This document shows positions 54,534-64,000 of a stretch of 64,000 nucleotides of DNA, one piece after another (the stretch's first letter is position 1; every line of letters begins with the position of its first letter). The DNA lies in contig CAVQMO010000015.1 in the NCBI GenBank assembly GCA_963713605.1, positions 95,679 through 159,678 on the forward strand, in the 5' to 3' direction. Under the pieces are notes generated by a model. The model ran no database searches. It was given only the letters and a program-made list of their open reading frames with translations, and had not been told where the DNA came from. The translations under genes were made by a program, and so were the position numbers. The stretch is from an uncultured Nitrososphaerales archaeon. GTDB taxonomy: Archaea; Thermoproteota; Nitrososphaeria; Nitrososphaerales; Nitrososphaeraceae.

Positions 54534-55748
54534 ATATTATCCACTATTAGAAGTAATAAATCAGAATTGCATCACGATTTAACGTTGTGGGAAAAGATTT
54601 CACAAACCATTTCACTGCAATATGACCGAGAATACCGTACTAATCAGAAGTGCGGTATAAGTTACCTTCTTATATAGCACCAAACTGTTGGAATATTGTT
54701 TCCCACTACACTAGGAATCATGTCCGCACTCATGATTAAGAACATACCTCTATGACCGTTGTTTGGACCAAAATATGCTGTGTTAATAGTGCACTTTAAA
54801 ATTTCGACAGATAACCGGCTAACTCAGAACTGTATGACTTATGTCTAGGCTCGGATTCTATTATATATACCTCAATAACTTTGTATGCAACCCACGCAGT
54901 ACCAATAATTATTCCTGTAATAGTTATTTCAAAAATTACTGATGTGGTAAACGGATCTATCAATAGAAAATAAGAATGGCTGCCCCATTATCGATGATAC
55001 TAGAGGTAGAACAACCAGGGAAGAGTGATGAACAAATACCTGGTAGCCTACCTGTTCTTTATGCTTGACGGTAAGGTTCTTTAAGAGTGATTTAAAGGCC
55101 CCAACTGCTTGCGGCTGTTTGTACAACATATTATAAAAATAGATAGAGAAGGATAGCCTACAGTTAGTTGTCAATGCAGAGAACCGTAGGCACCCTTCTC
55201 CAACATATCATACTCGACATGCATTTAAAGTGAAGAGATGAAAAGGGCAACCTATAGGTTAACATGTATGTAAGACCCGGAATTAGTCCCTATCTTGGAC
55301 TGTATTAGTTTCATTGTTACTAAAATTGGATTGTTTAGTACGTTTTCACCTAATCTTGTAAAAGTTGACGAAAATGACAACTTCATATAGTTCATGCAGG
55401 GAAATCCATTCGAATCCTGTCTATATCTCCTATGGTTGATGTGATATATGTAACTTCATAGATTCCAAGTTAAAACAGACTCCTATATTTAAATAGCATT
55501 AGAGGGGCAAGGAGAGTTAGGACTTTCAGTGAAAAATTACGGGTATTGTTATTCTGGTCTATTCCAATGAATAGTTTTTTCTCCAATGGAAAACTCTTCC
55601 GTTGACACCAAACAGCATCTTGTTGTTGATCTATTCTGAAATCAGACAATTGAAAATGAGGTAAAAAAGTACTTTTCTTGCCTACGATATAGATCTGCTT
55701 ATATCATGGAGAATCTGATCCATAGGCAGCTCCATTGGTCCAGATATA

Positions 55749-56225
55749 ATGGCAGCAGAATGGACTCATCATATATCTTATTCTCCAAGTCTGATCGCAA
55801 TTAACGTCCGTGGACATGATGCAACCGCAGAGAATATCCAATCTTCAAAGGAGTTTGGCATAAGTATAGCGGGAGAAGATCAGAATGTCATCTGTAGTGT
55901 GGCCGGCGGATATAGTGGTAGACTTGTAGACAAGATATGTCTACTTAAGGAAGCTCACATAGCTAATTTCCATGAATCTAAGAGTATCAATGTACCTATG
56001 ATTCAAGATGTAGCCATGAATGCAGAGTGCAGATTAATGAAGCAAGAACAGCTAGGTGATCATTTAATGTCTGTTGGGGAAATCATAGAGATATCAGCGA
56101 ATGAGAATATAAAACCATTAGTTTACCATAATGGAAGATATTGGAAATTAGGAGAGAATGTTCTTAGCCCCCAGCCTAAAATTAAGAGACGATCGAGAAG
56201 TTATCTGAGAAATACAGACGAATAA
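55749..56225 (+). CDS. Flavin reductase family protein, N-terminus probably broken
   Basis: MAAEW...SYSP.LIAI, T.ENI..SKEF, AEC.L....LGDH...VGE, PLVYH. Confidence 0.8.
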   Translation: MAAEWTHHISYSPSLIAINVRGHDATAENIQSSKEFGISIAGEDQNVICSVAGGYSGRLVDKICLLKEAHIANFHESKSINVPMIQDVAMNAECRLMKQEQLGDHLMSVGEIIEISANENIKPLVYHNGRYWKLGENVLSPQPKIKRRSRSYLRNTDE

Positions 56226-56461
56226 AATAAGAGCGTATTTGGTCACATTTCTTTTCGAAAAGATCTTGGCACACCGAGCGAATAGGTATAGAAGAGGTAC
56301 AGTTATAGCATGAATAGGAAGATTATATAAGATGCTCTTTCGTAATAATGAAATTCTATATGTTGATTCCAAAAAGCAATTACATTTCCCACTTTTGCCT
56401 AATCATGTGCAAGTTACCAATACGCAGTAAATGCTATTAGTTACCCCTTTCTATAAATAGT

Positions 56462-56885
56462 ATGGATAGTGATAACGGTAAACAGGAACAACCATTAGTA
56501 AACCCTCATGCAAACCTCTTGGAAAACAGGAGTAATGAAACGCAAAAAATCACACATGGACACGGAAAAGAAGTGGTTTACTATATAGAGGAACGTAGCA
56601 GAAAAGTTGCACAAATGTTAGCACAAGGACATAGTGAAACAGAGGTATCTCAATTGCTGCATGTACATGTAAGTACCATTTGCAGAGACATCAAGGTATT
56701 GAAGAAGCTGTCTCAAAAATTTGTATTTGATTTAGCCAAGGGCGATCTAACATACTACTATAACCAATGTATTGATGGAGTGGATGAAATTAGAAGAGAA
56801 GCCTGAAATGTACATAAGTATGGTGACTGGGGTCAAGGGGTTCATCTTTCAGTCAAGGAAAAGATTACAGCTCTTAGGGTATTCG
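56462..56885 (+). pseudogene. HTH protein (terminase small subunit-like), in-frame TGA at 56804-56806
   Basis: EER..KVAQMLAQG.SETE....L.VH.STICRDIK; frame continues EA*NVHKY...KEKITALRV. Confidence 0.55.
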
Positions 56886-58322
56886 TGCTCATTAAGGATC
56901 AAAAAAGTGACTTCGATATGATGGATATGGAAATAACTTAACAAAACTAAATCATCCTGACCATTTCATCATTAGTTTTCCGAACTTAGGACATGAATTC
57001 CATCCTTCATCTCAATGGTTTACCCAGAATGGACCTATTCCAGAATATGTCTTGGCAGATATTTTCTCATGGCTTGGACCCAGATCAGGGTTTACAGATT
57101 TCGGAAATAGTTCTATAACTTATCCCTTACCGTCGACCTCGCCTAAGAGTTAACGATGCGTTGAGCTTCAAGCTAGTGCCAAAACTGCAAGACATTCTGA
57201 ACGCATCAAACTACCATACAAAAAAGTACTTACCGTTCTCAACTGCGTCTTGAAACTGGCGAGGTGTAAATTTGGCTACCACTTTTTTCAAGTTCTTCTC
57301 CTTTACTTTGTCCTCTGAGTACTATGATGGGACGCATCAAATTTATCTCCTGCTTCATCGTCGCCTGAGAATACAGCAAGAGACTCTAAAGGTAACTGTA
57401 CTCCACTTACTCAAACTCCACAAGAACCATCGCAATCACCAGAAGGGCCAAGAGAACTAACACCACAAGTAGATAGTAGTCAAACTCCGGATGATCCCTT
57501 ATATGAAACTGCGGTAGCACCGGAAGTAGGAGACGAAGGTAATAATGGAGGTGGAGATGATGCAGAAGACTCCAGCAGCGGATCATGATTCGCTGTATGC
57601 GCTCATTGTGTTGTATGCGTTCTAAGTCTGGATTAACCAATTAAGTAGCTCACGTATTAGAGAAGCTAAGACCACCAAACGGCACTAAATCTCTTGTAAG
57701 AAAAATGTTACATATGTAGGATTGAACGAATTTAAGCCCAAGTGCTTCTAATCCCACTTAACACAATTTGACTTTACCAAGCTCAATTTCTAAGGTCTAG
57801 CTAGATGAAAAGAAGAAGATACTAACTAGACCATAGAATCAATGCAATCGTATAGCAAGAGGTGACCCAATATAGATTAGGTATGATATATGTATGGAAA
57901 TAGTTCCTTTTTTGGTAAAGCTCCGATCTTGTTGATAGATCCTATCAACCCTTTAGGCTTTCCAAGCAGCTTTCAAATTCCTTCTCACATATTCCATCCA
58001 AGACGAATACCTGCGATCAGATTCGTCAGATCAATTTCTTTTCCTTTTATTGCCCTGTGCATAATCGATTGCGCTTCCGCGGGTGGACAAAACAGTTGGT
58101 GTTTGAACTTGAGTTGAAACATTCTATTGATTGCGGACATGTTGACATATCTTGAAGCTATGCATTGTTATTGTTATGGTAATACCTGTTACTGTCGATG
58201 ACAAGTGACAAGGAGATGACGACCTGATTTATGCTGATGAATACCTGGATATAGCGGGAACTCCAAAAAGTGATTATACTAAGAGGCTAAGAGTCAGTCG
58301 ACTTATTTGTCGAGTTTGCAAG

Positions 58323-58922
58323 TTGAAATTTAGAACACGTCAAGAAACTCAAGCGCATATTAAGCGTGGAACATATATATCTTCAATCTTAGTGAATATC
58401 TTAAATAATCCCACTCATACTACAGAATTGTTGTCGAGTGTCGCCATACTTACAATAGTCTTATCTTGTATTTTATGTCAACCATTTCTATCATCACAAT
58501 TTTATGAAGCAGAGGGTAGTAATAGCAATCAATCATCAACCCAACCGAGTCTGCCAGAAATTGGGACAAGATTTGAGGCGGTGGGAGGAATTTTTAGTCT
58601 GCCATCTATCGACTGTCTTGAATGCGAATTTAGAGGTATAGTTGAGAAATCAACCGCATCTCAATACAATATGCGTGGAGAAGTAGTGGGAGACAGTGTT
58701 TCAATAATTATACCCGTTTTAGTTTTAGGAACATTGAACATACATGGGTCTGCGATAAATGGAATCCTTACAATCAGCGATAAACAGTACACAATAGAAG
58801 GGACAAGCACTACATACTCACCAACCTGTGGTTACTGCAAACAGACACTAGATCTAAGAGGACAGAGTGTGCAAGGCGATGACGTAATGAGTGCAAATAT
58901 CCCCTTGAATATTATTAAGTAA
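58323..58922 (+). CDS. Hypothetical exported protein with two CxxC motifs
   Basis: TM/signal segment; CLEC and CGYC; start uncertain. Confidence 0.55.
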   Translation: MKFRTRQETQAHIKRGTYISSILVNILNNPTHTTELLSSVAILTIVLSCILCQPFLSSQFYEAEGSNSNQSSTQPSLPEIGTRFEAVGGIFSLPSIDCLECEFRGIVEKSTASQYNMRGEVVGDSVSIIIPVLVLGTLNIHGSAINGILTISDKQYTIEGTSTTYSPTCGYCKQTLDLRGQSVQGDDVMSANIPLNIIK

Positions 58923-59370
58923 CTAGTTCAATCTAATGATTTTATAATTATCAATTAAGGTGAAGCAATATAAAAATTGCCAGCTGCTGATATTATGAAG
59001 GGGAACGATAGAAATGTCAAATATGTGAGAGAATATATTCAAGAATACCCTGAGAAGCGTGATTCCTATACCAACCTTGCAGATGCTTTTATAATTACGC
59101 TCCATACATGGTCACGGGTATGAAACATCAGATCTAGTTGCTGAGAAAGTGGTAGGGCATCTGCAGTATCTGAGACAACCGAAGGATGTGGAATATAATG
59201 GTACGTTCATGTGTTTTGAACGCAAATTGCAAAGATGCTCCCGAAATAAAACGTTGTCCACATTCATACTATTGGTTCGCTAATGTCACGTGAAAATTTT
59301 GATTCTGAATGAGAAGGACCAGTACGAGGGTCTGTTTCCAGTTAACAGAATCATTTTGCTGCTACTAGAA

Positions 59371-60157
59371 TTATACATTGACAGTATTTTGCAAGTGTAA
59401 TCTTTCATACTTAATGGCTTCTCTAATGATCGTAAATTCTACTTGTTCGGCCATCTTGCTCAATTTTGAAATATCTTCTTTATAGTCTTCAAAAGACGTG
59501 TGATCCTTGGTACCCATGAAAACCTCTCTGATATTACATCCTAGCATAGTAGTCTCTATTAGAAACCATACATCTATGCCCCAACCGTTAGGAGAATCAG
59601 GTATTTCTAGCATTCTCCGCCACAGCTGTCTCGTTGCACAAACCTCACCACTTAAAGGTTGCTCAAAATGAGACAGCTCTGGAAAGAATATATTTAACAT
59701 GGGCCTTGCAATAAGTTTTGTTACTGCCGCGTCTCTTGCATGTCTTTCATAAAAACCTCTCGCCATATCACAATTGTCTACTATCAACGTACTTACCAAG
59801 TTGTTAATCCATTGCGGAGATAGATTCTTTATGTCTGCATCAAGGAATAGAATGATGTCAGCCGATCGGGCTATTGCCTCTTATGCCGGCTTTCATAGCT
59901 ATTCCTTTTCCAGGGAAAATCTGCTCTGGTTGTTGGATTACAGTTGCACCTGCTCTGGTCGCTAATTCCGCTGTCTTATCATTGGAATGAGCATCAACAA
60001 CTATTATCTCTGGATTAAAACTACTTCTTGATGCTGTCGAAACTGTATTTTCGATGGTACCCTCTTCGTTCTTAGCAGGAAAGATTACTATGACTTTTAG
60101 ATCGTTTTTTGCAACATTAATGTCGTTGTTTTCAATGTAATGGAAAGTAGTATCCAT
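59371..60157 (-). CDS. GT2/GT81 glycosyltransferase, glucosyl-3-phosphoglycerate synthase-like; frameshifts at ~59800-59880
   Basis: PAKNEE, GKGIAM, FLDAD in the linking frame, VTKLIARP, QPLSGE, GWGIDV. Confidence 0.8.
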
Positions 60158-60559
60158 ATCGATTCATATTAATTATTGGCTTGATACTTACAAACTTATC
60201 CCTAAATTATCGGACTAATATTCAGAGGTATTAAACGTAAGTCATGGGGGGCTGGCGTACCTATCAGTATTGAAATAAAAATGACAGCGATTGCGCAACC
60301 AAATCAAATGGTAATTGGTCAGAAGTTATGAGTTGGAAGATAAACAAAGGAATACTTTTAGACGAATGTCATGCATTTCTAACGTCTGGAATAATACAAA
60401 TGAAATTACTGATGGAAGATTTACTCTTATATAGGAGTTTATAGGTACCTCTATTACCACAGAGGTGGTAACGTATCTTGCACAAATACCCTATACTAAC
60501 TTAGAATTTAAAGGCAGAAGAATAACTAGAAGTACAAGAATGCAGAATATAGAGTTGAA

Positions 60560-61807
60560 TTGGGTCATTCCGATGCCATACAAACAAAAGGGCTAAAGAA
60601 CAGAATACATCATGATGCGGAAAGGATCGATGAAGTTTTCAGAGTTGGAGTAGAGATTGAAGCCTGCCTGATTGACAAGAATGGAATGCCAGTTAATGCA
60701 GAACCATTGATCAAAGAACATCAAGGGTCTAGTCATCCTCTTGATTATGAGTATGGCGTATGTCAATTTGAATACATGACGTCTCCAGTAGCAATGAGTG
60801 ACCTTCTATATCTTAATTGTATTTTTGAGGATTTTATAGAACATCTTGGAAAATCCATCGAGAAAGTATACAGGAATAATGACGTGATTCCAGTCTTCCT
60901 TGGAGGTAATCCATCACCTGAGATAATAAAAAGTGTGGATCTAATCACAAATAAACCACGATACAATAAATTATCAAAATGGCACAACAAGATGCCAGAC
61001 GTGGAAATAGAAGGGCAAATATTTAAAGCGATGCATATTCCGGCTGCGATTCAAGCTTTCCATTTCCACTTACAGGGAAAGAACCCAAATTATACCGCCA
61101 TGATGTTCAATCACATACTAAATGTGATTCCATCAGCAATAACACTTGGGGCTAATAGCAGACTTTTTGCCGGTAGAGTATATTCATTTCATGAACCAAG
61201 AATTTACTTGTATGATCAGTCAGAACAACAGAATTCAGGTTTTCCAGCTATTTCAAAATACCTTGGCAGCATTGAAGATTATGTTGACTATATTAGTTCC
61301 AGAAAACCAAATATCGCAAAAGACTATTTTGAACTCGAAAAGGAAAGGCATGAGGATGCACGTATTCGTTTGAACTCAGATTTTTATCGAGTTGAAACTA
61401 GGGTAGTATCGGTACAGCCAACTATTAAAGAACTAATGGCGATGATAGAGTTCTTTATTGGCTATCTGAGCAGAGCAATATACGAAGAAAGACAGCTGAG
61501 ACCACTGTCTTCATTAAGAGAAGAAAGATTAGCCGTGGTGCGCTCAGGATATCAAGCTGAAACCCATTTTGACATCATTGAGACAATAAAATGCCAATTT
61601 GATTATGCACGTAAAGGTCTGTCTGATTTAGGTATTAGTGCAGAATTTTTCAATATTTTAGATAGACGGTTACAGAATAAAAGTACTCCTGGTGATTATG
61701 TTGCTAAACTATGGGATGAAAAGTTTAATGGTTCTATTAGGCAGACAATTTTCGAGGTTATCAGTGATATTTGGCAGAGGACGAGAAATAACCAACCTAT
61801 CATGTAA
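60560..61807 (+). CDS. Glutamate-cysteine ligase family 2 (GCS2)-like carboxylate-amine ligase
   Basis: VGVEIEACLID, QFEYMT, FHFHL, ANS, DARIR, VETR. Confidence 0.8.
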   Translation: MGHSDAIQTKGLKNRIHHDAERIDEVFRVGVEIEACLIDKNGMPVNAEPLIKEHQGSSHPLDYEYGVCQFEYMTSPVAMSDLLYLNCIFEDFIEHLGKSIEKVYRNNDVIPVFLGGNPSPEIIKSVDLITNKPRYNKLSKWHNKMPDVEIEGQIFKAMHIPAAIQAFHFHLQGKNPNYTAMMFNHILNVIPSAITLGANSRLFAGRVYSFHEPRIYLYDQSEQQNSGFPAISKYLGSIEDYVDYISSRKPNIAKDYFELEKERHEDARIRLNSDFYRVETRVVSVQPTIKELMAMIEFFIGYLSRAIYEERQLRPLSSLREERLAVVRSGYQAETHFDIIETIKCQFDYARKGLSDLGISAEFFNILDRRLQNKSTPGDYVAKLWDEKFNGSIRQTIFEVISDIWQRTRNNQPIM

Positions 61808-62346
61808 TAGATTGCGATTGACACATTTTTTGTTATAGGAATTCACTAATTTCCAAGAAACTTTAAATTCATACACCCCTGATACCCTTTAGTTCATGAA
61901 TCTCGACTCGCTATAACTAAATGTAATGAGGTAACGTGTAGGACTAGTAAGCCAAACGTATGGATCTTGTGCAGAGCAACAACAACAACGAACTCGCAGC
62001 GACAACAAGAACAACAACAGCAAGGATATGGCCTTGGCACTAGAGGCGCAACTAGTACAAACTGTTGATGTACATAAGTAGGTAGTTATTCAATCGATTT
62101 TTCCTTTCACTTTTTGCAAAGTTGGACAGTCGATATACCGGTAGAATAGTCTTACAAACAAAACTTTAGAAATAGTCTAACTTATGTTCCAGTAATCGGA
62201 AAGGAGTAGACAACTCTTTCTGACCTTTTTCTAAGAAATGATGACAGTATCGGTAATAGTTGATAGATAAAACTAAAAAGTCTAATTAATCATGAGTGGC
62301 CACACATTTACTCCGAGTGTAAAAGTAGAACATGTAATATCATTTA

Positions 62347-62730
62347 GTGATGCATATTAAGGGTTCGCACATCTCAATGGTTTATCTTAATCTTATATTT
62401 TTGCTCTTCATTACACTATTATCATTAACAACTTGTTTTATAATAAACTACTCATCGTACCAGATACCGTATATCATTTACTGGATAGTTGTAATTATGA
62501 CAAGTACATTACTTGTGTTAATTTGGTGGTATGCCACAAAAGGGCATCGATTAGTAGACAAACACATGCATCCATTATTCATAAAGGGTACCTTCTTTGG
62601 TCTTGTATCTGTACCCATAATTTTTGGGGTTTCCATAATTATCTCGTTTATTAATCTAGACGTTGCCCAATATTCCTGGTTAAGTATTATCCCAATTAAT
62701 ATCTGGATTAGACGCAAGTATAGACACTAA
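62347..62730 (+). pseudogene. C-terminal part of a TMEM175 family protein
   Basis: YLNLIFLLFITLL..TT, IWWYATK..RLVD; N-terminal FSD helix missing. Confidence 0.65.
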
Positions 62731-62945
62731 GGATATGGTTCACTGCGGGTGCCGTTTTTTATTTGTAACAGGCGAGCACATACTCGGCAAAACTAATCAT
62801 GAGTATAAGATCGCTTGCACCATAGCTTATCATAGAACAAATGTGTCAAGATTATCAGCCTCTGAGAGCAGAATAACGAACGGTTCTCAGTTATAAATAG
62901 AGCACCGCGCGAAACCCATATCTGACATGTGCGTCATAGAATGTC

Positions 62946-63299
62946 ATGTCCAAAGCCGATCTTCACCAGAGACTTAAGAGAGCATACGAGATAACACTTA
63001 GTGTTAAAGGTAGAAAGTCAGGTAGAGACATTCGTAGGCCAGTCTGGTTTGTGCATGAACGTAACACTTTATATCTGCTTCCAGTTCAGGGCTCTGACAC
63101 AAACTGGTATAAGAACCTACTAATCTATCCCACACTAAAGATTTCTATAAATGGTGTAGAAATATCTGAAAGTGGTAAACCAATAACGGACGGTAATAGT
63201 GTCGACGATATCGTGGGGAAATTCAGGTCTAAATATGGCGAAGGGGATGTGAAAAGGTATTATCCAAAAACTGATGTAGCCGTTGAAGTTCCCCTCTAA
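62946..63299 (+). CDS. Deazaflavin (F420)-dependent nitroreductase-like split-barrel protein
   Basis: GRKSG..R.PVWF, WYKNL...P, FRSKYG. Confidence 0.8.
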   Translation: MSKADLHQRLKRAYEITLSVKGRKSGRDIRRPVWFVHERNTLYLLPVQGSDTNWYKNLLIYPTLKISINGVEISESGKPITDGNSVDDIVGKFRSKYGEGDVKRYYPKTDVAVEVPL

Positions 63300-63415
63300 C
63301 AGATCCCGCTGGGAACTAGCCACCCAATCTTAAAATAACAAAAAGCCTAGGATGTCTCTGCAGTTGTGGAACTAACTAGTATATGCCAGTCATGATTCTA
63401 CTCATAGTAACAATA

Positions 63416-64000
63416 TTAATCCTGAAAGTCATTCCAGTATGTAGGTTCTGAGCGCACTAATGGTCACATGATTGAAGCAAGATCCGCTGCCGATCTATCT
63501 ACGTAACCAGTTCCGTGAAACGGCAGGACAGTTGCGACCGGTCGATCAAAAGCTAGCCATTGTCTCCGTAATTCAGCATCATCTACACTAGTATCTATCG
63601 GCCGGCCTGATCAGACGTTCCATACCGGCTTTTGCCTGGTCGACCGAGGTGCCAGTTGCTGAATCGCCGGTAAGAATAAGTCCCCCGTTATTAGTTGAAT
63701 ACAACATGGTAGAGCCGGCTGTTTGACCGGGAAATAGCAATGCCTCAACACTGAATTCATTTAGGACTCGATGACCTATAGGGTTCTCGAAATGTAAGCC
63801 TGAGGCCATTGCCTGCTGATGTCTGGCATCAATCGGATGAAGCAATAATGGAATATTGAATTCGGTCCCTACGTCACTTAAAGTATCTCCTAAACCTACA
63901 ACGTGTCTATGTGTGATCACCAAGGCAGCTGGTGAAAACCCATTATCAGACAACTGTCGAACAAAAGGAAGTAGAGATGAAACATTCGTATCCACCAGCA
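63416..64000 (-). pseudogene. MBL-fold protein running off the window end; frameshift at ~63600 and in-frame TGA at ~63464
   Basis: ITHRH, LHP.D, PGQTAGS, LTGD, then VLPFHG in the next frame. Confidence 0.7.

Noticed and set aside
54929..55290. Possible ncRNA or intron remnant (GGGCAACC word)
   Set aside because: No recognisable group II intron domain V or riboswitch consensus could be built.
38942..63466. TGA at expected Trp or Arg positions suggesting stop-codon recoding
   Set aside because: Many intact genes end in TGA and use TGG for Trp; these are single transitions in decaying genes.

Overview
AT-rich archaeal DNA whose gene content and protein families point to a soil ammonia-oxidising archaeon (Nitrososphaeraceae, Thaumarchaeota); this taxonomic call is inferred from recognised families, not from a search. 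The left ~9 kb is host-like: a DUF1428 protein, a hydrolase, a multicopper oxidase-ZIP transporter-DtxR operon, cbiE and a double-domain thyX. The main structure is a ~41 kb integrative element inserted inside the host yjbQ gene. The 5' half of yjbQ (9064-9190) and the 3' half (50244-50547) share an 11-bp direct repeat TTTGGTAAATG and rejoin in frame to a 139-aa protein. The element carries its own full, diverged yjbQ with the same promoter, and in that copy the 11-bp core is mutated. A 9-bp motif sits just inside both ends, and an integrase-like fragment lies next to the right end. The cargo is a mosaic of intact genes and fragments: Pit/DUF47 phosphate uptake, patatin, NDH-2-like flavoprotein, K+ channels, receiver domains, Cys-rich secreted proteins, a DUF892-adenylate cyclase fusion, SDRs, a repeated two-gene module, and a hydrolase bracketed by 44-bp direct repeats. 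Right of the element are ArsR, a standalone SdhA/NadB-like flavoprotein, further remnants, a GT2/GpgS-like glycosyltransferase and a GCS2 ligase. Many genes carry single-base frameshifts (possibly sequencing error) and several carry in-frame stops (more likely real decay). No rRNA, intact tRNA or CRISPR array was seen.
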